A stretch of DNA of 64,000 bases from Limnochordia bacterium. GTDB lineage: Bacteria; Bacillota; Limnochordia; DUMW01. Each line of letters begins with the position of its first letter. The first letter of the stretch is position 1. Shown in pieces: positions 9,480 through 19,184 of this stretch. The position numbers and the translations under genes are program-made. The stretch spans positions 34,781 through 98,780 of the forward strand of contig JALNWK010000001.1 of assembly GCA_023230925.1 (NCBI GenBank), written 5' to 3'. The notes under the pieces were generated by a model, which ran no database searches, was not told where the DNA came from, and was given only the letters and a program-made list of their open reading frames with translations.

Positions 9480-10360
9480 GAATTGCGTGCTTTCAGGGGC
9501 CATCCCATTTGATCCAGAGATGGCTGATTTGGAAACCGACGGTGATCCGGGATTGTTCAGCGTATTTGGCCTCGATGAGACTCAAGTCAAAGGACTAAGT
9601 GATTTCCTTCTATCGAAAACACTAGTAGATGATGTAGAGGGGGCAACTATTTTTGAGGACGTGCTCGGAGTGGTTCATCCATTGGGGCTTTAAATGGCGC
9701 CATATTTGCTGAGGCTGTGGAACAAGACCGAGTTGATGAATTCTTAGATTGCTTGACCTGTCTGTGGCTCGGGGGAAAGCATCTATTCCCCTTCAATTGG
9801 CGGGGACTTTGGGAGACAATTTGCCTGTGTAAAATGCCCATCCGCATGCCTTCGTTGTTTTCCACAAAACGGATCAAAACCCTTCTTTCTCAGGTGATTC
9901 CTAGGACAAGAACAACCAGTGGTTATGAAAAGATTGAAGTTGCTTTCACCAGGACAGATCTGAACGATGCCATCCTGCGTGTGTTTGATCGCAGTTGTGC
10001 AGCTTCAGTTCTGGACGCAGTTACCGCTTCCCTTTCTCTGCCGGTGATCTTATCTGCTGTAAAGATTGGATGCCATCACTTTGTAAACGGGGGGTTGCTC
10101 AGTAATACCCCCATCATGGCTGCGATACAGCGGGGGACAACTAGGGTTATTATAGTATTATTACGTCCCTTTCTCCATTGGTGTACAGTATGGGGATGCT
10201 GGATCAGGCTTCCTACGATGATCTTGTTAGTGTGGCTGAACGGGTTATTACCCTAACTCTGGATCGGGTGATGTATGAGGATTTGGAGGAAGCTCAGCGG
10301 ATTAACCAGATGCTTAAGATCATTAATGAAACGAAGGACGCAAGAACAAAGGAGCAATAA
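9480..10360 (+). pseudogene. Degraded patatin-like phospholipase gene with multiple frameshifts.
   Basis: Patatin-like segments are spread over three frames: G-ALNGAIFAEAV...LW, then LPVILSAVKIGCHHFVNGGLLSNTPI...VIIVLL, then a C-terminal piece in a third frame. The GxSxG serine region is disrupted by a stop (HPLGL*), and the catalytic DGG reads NGG. Confidence 0.5.
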
Positions 10361-10682
10361 GACAGCTGTGTGGACCTAATCTTGCACATCGCCCCATTGA
10401 CTTCATGGTTATTGCCCCCGAAACAGTCTTGCATCCACCGGGCACCCTTGGATTTAATGACAAGCCTGCTGTACTTCAAGCTACTCCAGATGGGTGAGGC
10501 TGATGCCCGAAAGGTTCTGGCGAACGTTAATACACGGTTTTATGGCTTAAGATAGTGTACAAGCTCTATTCATAAGATCAGACGAGGAGGATATTCTAGA
10601 TCGCATCGAGAAATAGGACCAGCAAACAAATATCGAAAAGGGCAGACCGTGGCTTGCTGTTTTAAGAAGGAGGTACCCGGCT

Positions 10683-11366
10683 ATGGGTAAGGGTGAGATC
10701 AAGATGCTTGATGTTCGTAAGGAATTCCGAACGGGTTCAGAGGTATTAACCATATTGAAGGAAGTCAATATAGAGATTAAGAGCGGAGAAGTGGTTGCCA
10801 TCGTTGGTCCATCGGGAAGTGGTAAGAGTACTCTCCTAGGGATCATGGCCGGCCTTGATCAGCCAACCTCAGGAGAGGTCTGGCTCGGGGATACAAACAT
10901 AACGAAGCTTAGCGAGAGTAAGATGGCCAAAATTAGGGGTGAGCTTCTAGGTTTTGTATTCCAGAATTATAATCTAATTCCCAGACTGAGTGCCTATGAG
11001 AATATCGAACTTGCCTTGATTCTGAATAATAAGCTAAGAAACAGGGATGTCCGCATTAAGGAACTATTACAAGCGGTGGGCTTGGAGGAACGCAAGCAGC
11101 ATCTTCCCGGACAGATGTCAGGGGGAGAGCAACAACGGGCTGCTATAGCCCGTGCTTTGGCGTGTGATCCGCCCATCGTGTTGGCCGATGAACCCACTGG
11201 GAATCTTGACCGGAAGTCCAGCAAGCAGATCGCGGACTTGCTGTTTGATACATGCCGTGATGAAGGGCGGACTTTGGTACTGGTTACCCACGATTTGGAG
11301 TTAGCCCAAAGGGCTGACTATATACTGCGGATCGATGATGGGATTTTGGTGGAGGAGGTAGCTTGA
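10683..11366 (+). CDS. ABC transporter ATP-binding protein (MacB/LolD/FtsE-like).
   Basis: Walker A GPSGSGKST, signature MSGGEQQR, Walker B LADEPT. RBS AAGGAGG upstream. Confidence 0.85.
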   Translation: MGKGEIKMLDVRKEFRTGSEVLTILKEVNIEIKSGEVVAIVGPSGSGKSTLLGIMAGLDQPTSGEVWLGDTNITKLSESKMAKIRGELLGFVFQNYNLIPRLSAYENIELALILNNKLRNRDVRIKELLQAVGLEERKQHLPGQMSGGEQQRAAIARALACDPPIVLADEPTGNLDRKSSKQIADLLFDTCRDEGRTLVLVTHDLELAQRADYILRIDDGILVEEVA

Positions 11367-13870
11367 TGGCACTACTTCTCTACGCTTTGAGGAAGTTCCC
11401 CAAGGAGGTACTTTATCACAAACAAAGAGCCTTGGTGGTTATCCTCTGTGTTGCCGTTGGAGTCTCATCGGTGGCAGCTGTTCAGATTTTTGGCAGATCG
11501 ATTATCAATTATTACAGTAGTAACATTCAAGCCATCACCGGTGGCGATGTTGTCGTTGTTACCAGGCATATTTCGGGGTATCAGTTGGAGTACTTGGAGG
11601 AATCGGACTCCTTTACATATACCATAACCACGGTAGCGAATCAGGTTGGTCTTAACCCCCAACAAAGGAAGACCGCGTTGTTGGAGATACAAGGAGTTGA
11701 CCCCAAAACCTACCCCCTGTATGGTCAGGTAGTTCTTAAGCACCACGACCGGCTAGATGATGCCCTTAAGGAGGGACAGGCGGTAGTTTGTGTATCAGCA
11801 AAGGATGCTCTTCAGATCGATATTGGTGATGAGATTTGGCTTGGGAAAGATGCATACATTGTCGGTGATATCATATTAGAGCAGTCCACCCCTCGGGAGT
11901 CGGGCATGTTCGGTAGTGCTATGGTTCCCTTAAGGATTGATGAAGTAGTTAACCGGGATATTTCCACAAGGATCTTGGTTAGGGTGTCAACGCCAGAACA
12001 GCTAGACGAAGTCGCCAACTCCCTAAAAGAGGTCTTTCCCACTGCTTCTGTTAGAACTTATGTCGATACATTTGAAAGCTTCCAGGAGTCAGTGTCAAAG
12101 GTTAACGATTTTGTCCTGATCGCGGCGATGATCTCCCTGCTATTGGGCGGTCTTGGTGTGGCTAGTGCTGCCGACGTAATGATGCGCCAGCGAATGCAAG
12201 AGCTGGCGATCATGAAGTCCGTCGGTGGAAACACGAAACAGATTATCCTTTATTTTCTGGTTCAAGTACTCCTGCTCGGTCTTGTTGGTACTGGACTAGG
12301 TATTGCCCTAGGGACCGTTGCGGCACAGTTGCTTCCTGGTATTGTCAGTTTGCTCCCCATTAAGCCGGAGCTATCCGTCAGTTTACCCGTGGTCTTCGTA
12401 TCGGCTGTCTTGGGCTTGTCTGTGACATTGGTGTTCTCCCTACTTCCTGTGATTCGAGGAGCATATTTGCGTCCAATGACCATCCTAAAGGACGATGATG
12501 GTAGTCCCGAGCCAAAGACGAAGCGTCTTAAGTACTTTGCAGGTATTGTGCTGCTGGCTATATTCTTTAGCCTAGTTGTCTCTTACTTAGTCTCCTCTTT
12601 ACGGATGGGCATGGTGTTTGTATTCGTCATGCTTCTAGTGACAGGGGTTCTTTGGTTGTTGATCAAAGAAATATTGTCTCTCGTATCCGGCCTTCCGATC
12701 TTTTGGGGGCGGACGGGCCTGCTAATAAAAAGTAGCCTGCACAGTAAAGGCAGACGTCTAATCTCGTCGATTCTTGTTTTAGCACTTGGTCTAGGTGCTG
12801 TCTCAGTAGTACTATTTTTCCAACAGAACGTGATTGGTCTAATCGAGGAAAGCCTGCGGGATACGAAAGCATACAATATCGTTCTTGCCGGTGTACCCGG
12901 TGAGGATGTAGGTTCTTTAGTTGAGTTTCTTGATGGTAGTCCTGATATCGACAGCCACGTAGCAATGAGCGCGGCAAAGGGGCGCATTAGGACTATCGGT
13001 AATATCCCGATGGATCTATATGCCCAAGAGCATCAGGTGCCGCGTTCTCTAGTAGATCATCTTAGTCTTGTGGGGGTAAAACCGGGGGATGAATTGATGC
13101 CTCTTAATATTGTTGAAGGTAGGGATCTCACAGATAACGATACCAATGCCGTTGTGGTCAATCAGGATCTGGCACAGACTTTAGGACTTACACTAGGAGA
13201 TGAGCTGGTCCTCGAATTGGGCTCTAGCACCCTGCGCTGCCAGGTTGTCGGGTTGGAACAAGAAGGTTCAGGAATAAGAGTAGGGATGGACTTCGGTCAG
13301 TCTGCTTATATCAACAAAGACACAATGGGACAGTTCAATGTTGGACTTGAGCACATGGTTATGGCTCGTAGCATTGGGTCAGCTCAAGATGCGGTCAATG
13401 AGATCAGATTGTCCTTCCCCAATATTTCCCTAGCCCTTGATATTGGGCAGCTACTCGATATGCTCCATCGGATATTTGGTACGGTTACATCCTTCGTGCA
13501 GTTTCTCGGTCTGTTTAGTATTGTCACTGGATTTGTGATCCTGGCTGGCACGGTGTTGCTTTACAAAATGGAACGGCGAAGGGAAATGGCGGTAATCCGA
13601 TGCCTTGGAGGAGATACCATCACTTTACTAATTCAGTACGCCGTAGAGAATGGGATAACTGGCTTCCTTGCGGTTATTCTGGGAATCGGTACCGCCAATC
13701 TAGTAACGCTGTTGTTGACCAATAGAGTGCTTTCTTCACACTACCGCTTTGATGCACTGTTTTCCTTTGGTGTGGGAGTAGGGGTAATCCTATTGGCAGT
13801 CGCAATTGGGCTTCTCTCGATCATGGATGTGTTGAAAGAAAAACCTCTAACGATACTGAGGAATGAATAG
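11363..13870 (+). CDS. ABC transporter permease, FtsX/MacB type with two FtsX modules.
   Basis: 835 aa with two hydrophobic FtsX-like blocks separated by large extracytoplasmic domains. The start overlaps the ATPase stop. Confidence 0.8.
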   Translation: MMALLLYALRKFPKEVLYHKQRALVVILCVAVGVSSVAAVQIFGRSIINYYSSNIQAITGGDVVVVTRHISGYQLEYLEESDSFTYTITTVANQVGLNPQQRKTALLEIQGVDPKTYPLYGQVVLKHHDRLDDALKEGQAVVCVSAKDALQIDIGDEIWLGKDAYIVGDIILEQSTPRESGMFGSAMVPLRIDEVVNRDISTRILVRVSTPEQLDEVANSLKEVFPTASVRTYVDTFESFQESVSKVNDFVLIAAMISLLLGGLGVASAADVMMRQRMQELAIMKSVGGNTKQIILYFLVQVLLLGLVGTGLGIALGTVAAQLLPGIVSLLPIKPELSVSLPVVFVSAVLGLSVTLVFSLLPVIRGAYLRPMTILKDDDGSPEPKTKRLKYFAGIVLLAIFFSLVVSYLVSSLRMGMVFVFVMLLVTGVLWLLIKEILSLVSGLPIFWGRTGLLIKSSLHSKGRRLISSILVLALGLGAVSVVLFFQQNVIGLIEESLRDTKAYNIVLAGVPGEDVGSLVEFLDGSPDIDSHVAMSAAKGRIRTIGNIPMDLYAQEHQVPRSLVDHLSLVGVKPGDELMPLNIVEGRDLTDNDTNAVVVNQDLAQTLGLTLGDELVLELGSSTLRCQVVGLEQEGSGIRVGMDFGQSAYINKDTMGQFNVGLEHMVMARSIGSAQDAVNEIRLSFPNISLALDIGQLLDMLHRIFGTVTSFVQFLGLFSIVTGFVILAGTVLLYKMERRREMAVIRCLGGDTITLLIQYAVENGITGFLAVILGIGTANLVTLLLTNRVLSSHYRFDALFSFGVGVGVILLAVAIGLLSIMDVLKEKPLTILRNE

Positions 13871-14044
13871 ATGAGCAGGTCCGAAGCCTGATCCCCTAGA
13901 TGTGGTCAGAACTAGGGCTTGCCGGGCTACGGAGGCTTTATCAGTGTCTCTCATGGCTGGGTTAGGCTGCATTCGGGTCATTGGGTCACTCTGTGGTACA
14001 GCACTACCCGGAAAGGAGCATATAGGTTGGAAAGATACGATACG

Positions 14045-15235
14045 ATGAACAATGCTTGTATCACTCAAAGGGTTCGATTGGGGGTTGACGTCTTCCTTAA
14101 TGCGGCGCATCGGAAATACAAGGGTGCCCGGTTGGGATTGATTACCAATCAGTGTGGGCAGACTTCATCTTTGATACCCACCGTGGAGGCACTGTACCAC
14201 CATAAAGAAGTAAACCTTGTTGCCTTATTTGGCCCCGAACACGGGGTGCGAGGCGATGCACAGGCGGGTATCAGGTTAGCTAATGGAGTGGACCCCGTAA
14301 CTGGGTTGCCCGTATACAGTCTGTACGGTGATACGAGAAAGCCATCGGCCAAGGCCCTAGAGGGTATTGACGCGTTGGTATTTGATATTCCCGATGGCGG
14401 TGTGCGTTTTCTCACGTACTCATCTACCCTTTCGTATGTGATGGAAGCTGCGGCAGAGCATGGTATCAAAGTCATTGTATGTGACCGTCCCAATCCTATT
14501 CGAGGGGACCGTGTGGAAGGTAATGTGCTCGACCCGACCTTCCGCTCCTTCGTGGGTTGCCATCCCATTGCAATGCGCCATGGAATGACAATGGGGGAGC
14601 TAGCCTGGCTAATGAATGAGCACTTTGGTATTGGATGCCGACTGGAAGTTATTCGAATGGAGGGCTGGCGGCGTGAGCACTGGTATGACGAGACCGGTGC
14701 TTTCTGGGTGATGCTGGGGCCGAACATCCCAACACTAATGGCCGCCACAGTGTATCCGGGAACCTGTCTAGTCGAAGGGACCAACGTTTCTGAGGGCCGG
14801 GGGACTACCTGTCCTTTTGAGTTAATCGGTGCTCCTTGGATTGACGCAGGTAGATTGTGTGCGGCACTTCGCGAGCTTAGTCTACCGGGATTAGCCCTCC
14901 GCCAGGCTCATTTTACGCCTACCTTTTCGAAATATAAGGGCGAAGGGTGCCATGGGGTGCAGATATACGTGACTGACCGGGATGTCTTTCGGCCTATAGG
15001 GTTTGCGCTTCACCTGATCTCGACCATAAAACGGTTATTTCCACAGGACTTTCAGTGGCGCGGAAAGACAGAGCCCCTGCACTTTGACTTGCTCTGGGGA
15101 ACTGATATAGTCAGACATAGACTGGATGATGGTGAGAGTGTAGACTCAATACTCAGTTCCTTTCAGCCCGGGATCGACCGGTTTCTTGCCGTGCGCGAGA
15201 ATTATCTTCTTTATCCGGCTCTGGAGAATGATTAG
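14045..15235 (+). CDS. namZ: Exo-beta-N-acetylmuramidase NamZ (DUF1343).
   Basis: RLGLITNQ...LFGPEHG motifs of the DUF1343/YbbC family, sitting beside murQ. Start taken at ATG 14045; an alternative TTG at about 14027 has a better-placed AAGGAG. Confidence 0.7.
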   Translation: MNNACITQRVRLGVDVFLNAAHRKYKGARLGLITNQCGQTSSLIPTVEALYHHKEVNLVALFGPEHGVRGDAQAGIRLANGVDPVTGLPVYSLYGDTRKPSAKALEGIDALVFDIPDGGVRFLTYSSTLSYVMEAAAEHGIKVIVCDRPNPIRGDRVEGNVLDPTFRSFVGCHPIAMRHGMTMGELAWLMNEHFGIGCRLEVIRMEGWRREHWYDETGAFWVMLGPNIPTLMAATVYPGTCLVEGTNVSEGRGTTCPFELIGAPWIDAGRLCAALRELSLPGLALRQAHFTPTFSKYKGEGCHGVQIYVTDRDVFRPIGFALHLISTIKRLFPQDFQWRGKTEPLHFDLLWGTDIVRHRLDDGESVDSILSSFQPGIDRFLAVRENYLLYPALEND

Positions 15236-15398
15236 TGGGCGCACGCGATCAGGAGTGGGTAATGCACGATGGTGGCAAGGTCTATTATAAGAGCGTGCGC
15301 CACCATTATCATTACACATAGAGTGAGGTCTAGCGGACCATGCAATCCTCACATTACGGTGTTGTCCGATGGTGGTAGTTGAGAAGAAGGGGTCTAAT

Positions 15399-16376
15399 AT
15401 GGATACTGTTCTTGCTGTAGACGGTGGGGGAACTAGTACACGTTGTGTTTTGGTAAACGATCAATTCGGATTACTAGCGGATGAAACTGGTCCGTTTTGT
15501 GCTCTAGTGTATGATCAAAAGCGCTCCCTTGCGGGGTTGCACACTACAATCCATCGGGCAATGGAGAGTGCTAAGGCGAAGTGGCGCAGCAAGTGCGGTG
15601 AACCGATGCATATCACTGCAGCGTGTTTAGGATTGAGCGGTGTTATGTCAATAAGTAGTACGGAACCTGTGCGCCACTGTGTTGTATCCTGCCTTGCGAA
15701 GGAAGGTTACCGTTTATCTACTCAACGTTTACAGATTGTATCTGATGTGGAGATTGCGCACGTGGCCGCACTACGGGGTGAGTCAGGGATTGTTCTTGTG
15801 GTGGGCACCGGTGCTATCGCGTATGGATGCAATGAAGCAGGGGATACAGCGCGCTCAGATGGATGGGGCTGGCTGTTGGGGGATGCCGGAAGTGGTTATG
15901 CTATTGGCAGGGATGCATTACGGGCTGTTTGCGCGGCGGCGGATGGACGTGGTGCATCAACAAGGCTAACCCAAGCCCTCCTTTCCCATTTTGATGTCTC
16001 TGACATCAAATCCTTGGTACGGACTGTTTACGATAGTAATCTGAATCGAACCAGTGTCGCGGAGTTGGCTAGGATCGTTTCCATTCTTGCATCGGAAGGG
16101 GACCAAGTCGCCGATAGTATCCTGAACCGGGCGGGTAAAGATCTGTCCGATACTGTGTTGGGGGTCTTACGCCAGCTATCATTTGCTGGAGAACGTGTTA
16201 AAGTAAGTTGGCAAGGCGGCGTCCTGAAGGGGACGCCGAGATTAGTTGCCTCGGTGCGGGAACATGTTGTATCCACCGAATCAGGCTGTGTTTTTGTTCC
16301 TCCGTGGGCGGAACCCGTCCAGGGGGCTTTGCTGCTAGCGCAGCGTAGCTTGAAAGAACCGTTTACAACCGTCTGA
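15399..16376 (+). CDS. BadF/BadG/BcrA/BcrD-type ATPase, likely an N-acetylmuramic acid / N-acetylglucosamine kinase (MurK-like).
   Basis: Sugar-kinase phosphate-1 motif MDTVLAVDGGGTSTR, and DAGSGY. It lies between namZ and murQ. Confidence 0.7.
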   Translation: MDTVLAVDGGGTSTRCVLVNDQFGLLADETGPFCALVYDQKRSLAGLHTTIHRAMESAKAKWRSKCGEPMHITAACLGLSGVMSISSTEPVRHCVVSCLAKEGYRLSTQRLQIVSDVEIAHVAALRGESGIVLVVGTGAIAYGCNEAGDTARSDGWGWLLGDAGSGYAIGRDALRAVCAAADGRGASTRLTQALLSHFDVSDIKSLVRTVYDSNLNRTSVAELARIVSILASEGDQVADSILNRAGKDLSDTVLGVLRQLSFAGERVKVSWQGGVLKGTPRLVASVREHVVSTESGCVFVPPWAEPVQGALLLAQRSLKEPFTTV

Positions 16377-16396
16377 AAGGGAAGTGTCTGAAACAA

Positions 16397-17269
16397 ATGA
16401 GACCGTCTGAAATGCGCAATCCAAAATCCTTCGAACTAGATCTGATGTCAACAGAACAGGTTTTGAGTTTGATCAATGAAGAAGACCAGACAGTGCCTTT
16501 ACTTGTGCGACAAGCGATACCAGAAATCGCACAAGGGGTGGAGTTGCTGGCGTCTAGTTTCAAAACCGGTGGCCGGATTGTCCATGTAGGGGCAGGAACT
16601 AGTGCGCGTCTTGCGTTAGTCGACGCCGCAGAGTTGCCACCAACGTATGGAATATCTCCGGAAAGACTGGTAAATGTTATTGCGGGTGGACGAGAGGCAG
16701 TTTTCCAAGCAGTTGAGCATGCGGAGGATCGCGGTTCGGAAGCTGTTAGGCAACTGACTCAAATCAGTCTGTGTCATTCTGATGTAGTTATCGGTCTGAC
16801 TGCAAGTGGAACTACGCCGTTTGTCTTTGCGGGACTTGACTATGCAAGAACAGTCGGTTGTCCCACTTTGCTGATCGCTTGCAATCCCAGTCTGATTGAG
16901 GCCGACGTGAAGATCATTGTGCCCACAGGGCCGGAAGTTGTGACTGGATCTACCCGGATGAAGGCAGGGATGGCCCAACGAATGGTCTTGACGATGTTAA
17001 GCACGGCCATGGCAGTGCGTCTTGGTCTAGTATACGATAACCTCATGGTGGCACTTGGTTCACAAAATGCCAAGTGTCTGGAAAGAGGTTGCCGTATTGT
17101 GTGCACCATCTCCGGGGAAAACGAAGAGATTTCCAAGGAAGCTCTGCGGGCAGCCGATGGTGATGTTCGGGTGGCTGTTCTTCTCCTACGTACCGGCGAT
17201 CTGAGCAAGGCCCGTGCACTACTTGAAGAGGCCGAGGGTTCTCTTAGAAAGGCCTTGGAGAGAATATAG
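16397..17269 (+). CDS. murQ: N-acetylmuramic acid 6-phosphate etherase.
   Basis: SIS-domain protein with HVGAGTSARLA and the GxTxMK-like motif typical of MurQ. Confidence 0.85.
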   Translation: MRPSEMRNPKSFELDLMSTEQVLSLINEEDQTVPLLVRQAIPEIAQGVELLASSFKTGGRIVHVGAGTSARLALVDAAELPPTYGISPERLVNVIAGGREAVFQAVEHAEDRGSEAVRQLTQISLCHSDVVIGLTASGTTPFVFAGLDYARTVGCPTLLIACNPSLIEADVKIIVPTGPEVVTGSTRMKAGMAQRMVLTMLSTAMAVRLGLVYDNLMVALGSQNAKCLERGCRIVCTISGENEEISKEALRAADGDVRVAVLLLRTGDLSKARALLEEAEGSLRKALERI

Positions 17270-17573
17270 GTGAGGTCCCGCCCATGCTCTGAAGGATACC
17301 CCTAAAAAAGGGGCTGCATCCTCGTTGTGCATGTCAATTGCCACCGTGGGGGATATTGCACGGGAAGGGAGAACTTGTCGCAGGTAATAAGATTGCTGAG
17401 GTGTAAGAGGATGCTCATCCAATTTCCCCGGTTGTTGGGTGTTATCTGACGAATCGGGAATGCATAAAGTTGTTGTGTTATTCTTATTTGATGTAGGAGC
17501 AGGGATGGTTGGCGTCAGTGACGATGTCCTTCGACTATGTACGTGTTCCAAGCAACCACCTAGGTATATCATA

Positions 17574-17614
17574 CGAAACGAAGGAGAAGGGGCGGGAACC
17601 GGTCAACCCCGCCC
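17574..17614 (-). terminator. Probable intrinsic terminator of the SGNH hydrolase gene.
   Basis: 7-bp GC stem GGGCGGG/CCCGCCC around an 11-nt loop. A moderately T-rich tract follows on the minus strand, immediately after the stop at 17633. Confidence 0.4.
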
Positions 17615-17632
17615 GTAATCCTTCAGATAGAT

Positions 17633-18646
17633 TTACAGCAGTGTCCTCAAAATGGGTTCTAGAACATCGGATATGCGCATGAAGCCAAGATCTGTAGGAT
17701 GGGAACTGTCCACGGTGGCTTCTCCATCATCACCTAGGAGCTGAGCTCCCGTCACGTAGTACAGATGATCAGTTCCTCCGTCTCTGAGCCGATTGTAGGC
17801 GGCCCGTAAGGCTACGCGTCTGCCTAGGTGCCCTTGTTGAGCTGCCTTGAAGAAGTAGCTGTTTCCATAATCCCGATCTTCGACGAGGACTATTGGAGTT
17901 TTTGGATGTTCTTCCCGAATGGTTTTAACTAAGGGTTCGGTGCGTTCCTGGACCATTTGGTCACTCATATTCGGCAGACAATCAATAACGAAAATGCTTG
18001 GATCTAGTTCGGCCAGAAGACTTGCCACTTCGATCTCCATCTGTCCTTGACCAGAGAAACCCAGATTAATTACGGGTACATTCAAACGGCGCCCTAAGAT
18101 ACCTACATGATGCATGCCGGGTCTTGAGGCACAGGCACCGTGGGTAATAGAGGTTCCGTAGAACACTATAGGTTTATCCTTGCGGGGTGCCACAGGTGTA
18201 AAGCTAGCTTCGTTGTTTACGCCAATCTCAACCCTCTCGACCCCATTATATAATGGAAGGTAAAGCATGAACTCCCGCGGTAATGGCTCCAAACCTGTAG
18301 CCACCGTTGCTTCAGCATCTTGAGTCGTTCCAGGAAACCCCAAACCAAGCCACCGCCACTTGCCGACTCTGTCCTTACAGTACAGATCAACACCGCTGAC
18401 TCCGGTACTGGGCATATGTGCCAAGGACATCTCACTAAAACGTAACCGCCAGCGAACCTTGATGGTATCTGCATCGGTATGGAATTGGACGATCATGCCA
18501 GCACAATGCTGGCTTAGTTGCCAGACCGGTCCTCGAACGATTCCTTCGGCTCGGGCAGGTAAACGATCGAAGAAATGCTTTGTATCATGCCAACCCTTAC
18601 CTTCGACACCCCAACCCTCAACATTAAACCACTTGACTTCACTCAT
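17633..18646 (-). CDS. SGNH/GDSL-family hydrolase (carbohydrate esterase-like) with an N-terminal beta-sandwich domain.
   Basis: GTSITHG (catalytic Ser), GFSGQG, and DSSHPTD (Asp-His) in SGNH block order. 337 aa. Confidence 0.7.
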   Translation of the reverse strand: MSEVKWFNVEGWGVEGKGWHDTKHFFDRLPARAEGIVRGPVWQLSQHCAGMIVQFHTDADTIKVRWRLRFSEMSLAHMPSTGVSGVDLYCKDRVGKWRWLGLGFPGTTQDAEATVATGLEPLPREFMLYLPLYNGVERVEIGVNNEASFTPVAPRKDKPIVFYGTSITHGACASRPGMHHVGILGRRLNVPVINLGFSGQGQMEIEVASLLAELDPSIFVIDCLPNMSDQMVQERTEPLVKTIREEHPKTPIVLVEDRDYGNSYFFKAAQQGHLGRRVALRAAYNRLRDGGTDHLYYVTGAQLLGDDGEATVDSSHPTDLGFMRISDVLEPILRTLL

Positions 18647-18760
18647 TCATATTCTACCTCGCTATAATGTGATTTGAGCAAATTGTAGTCCTATTAAGTA
18701 ATTAGCTTTTGGAGGGATGATCCCTTCGCTTCTGCGTAAGAAATATAGCTGTGGTTGAAA

Positions 18761-18790
18761 TTGACAGGACAACTCTGCTTTATATACAAT
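18761..18790 (+). promoter_or_regulatory. Sigma-A-type promoter upstream of the zinc-ribbon ORF and glpX.
   Basis: TTGACA (18761-18766), 18-nt spacer, TACAAT (18785-18790). Confidence 0.45.
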
Positions 18791-18903
18791 GAGTCTGTGA
18801 GTCATTGCTTAGTCCCTCCGGCACTTTTATCGAGTGCTTTGACGGCACGCAACTAGGGGTTAGCGTGGGCGGACTTCACCAATACATAACTTGGAGGGAT
18901 ACT

Positions 18904-19161
18904 ATGCCTGCTTCACGCGCACATCGGTTTGCACTCAGCTTAGATCCAAAGAAGGTTACTCAAGAACGGCCATGTATGGTTTGCGGCCGCATATTCTCCA
19001 ACAACTCTCTTACTCTGGTTAGTGATGGTCTTGATACTGTTGCCGTTTGTGAGCATTGTTCTGACAGATTCGGTCTTAGAAGATGTCCGAGTTGTCAACG
19101 TCTAGTTGTGCATCTTTACGAAGGATTGAACGGATTTTCCTCCTGTCTAATGTGCCTATAG
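18904..19161 (+). CDS. Small Cys-rich zinc-ribbon protein with four CxxC motifs, function unknown.
   Basis: 85 aa reading MPASRAHRF...CMVC...CEHC...CPSC...CLMCL. RBS GGAGGG lies 6 nt upstream of ATG 18904. The track ORF starts earlier, but that part has no RBS. Confidence 0.5.
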   Translation: MPASRAHRFALSLDPKKVTQERPCMVCGRIFSNNSLTLVSDGLDTVAVCEHCSDRFGLRRCPSCQRLVVHLYEGLNGFSSCLMCL

Positions 19162-19184
19162 TCTCTTGAAGGAAAGGGGTAAGC

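Noticed and set aside
9717-10256. 179-aa ORF that could be read as an intact gene.
   Set aside because: It carries only the middle of a patatin-like domain. The N- and C-terminal parts are in other frames, so it is a fragment of the pseudogene at 9480-10360.
10547-10846. 99-aa minus-strand ORF opposite the MacB-like ABC ATPase gene. Similar antisense frames appear at 1981-2502, 12583-12987, 48293-48703 and 63714-63956.
   Set aside because: Each lies wholly inside a well-supported gene on the other strand. They have low-complexity composition and no RBS, so they are shadow ORFs.
17219-17572. 117-aa minus-strand ORF in the murQ/SGNH intergenic region.
   Set aside because: Thr/Ser/Pro-rich low-complexity translation with no RBS. 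Likely non-coding.
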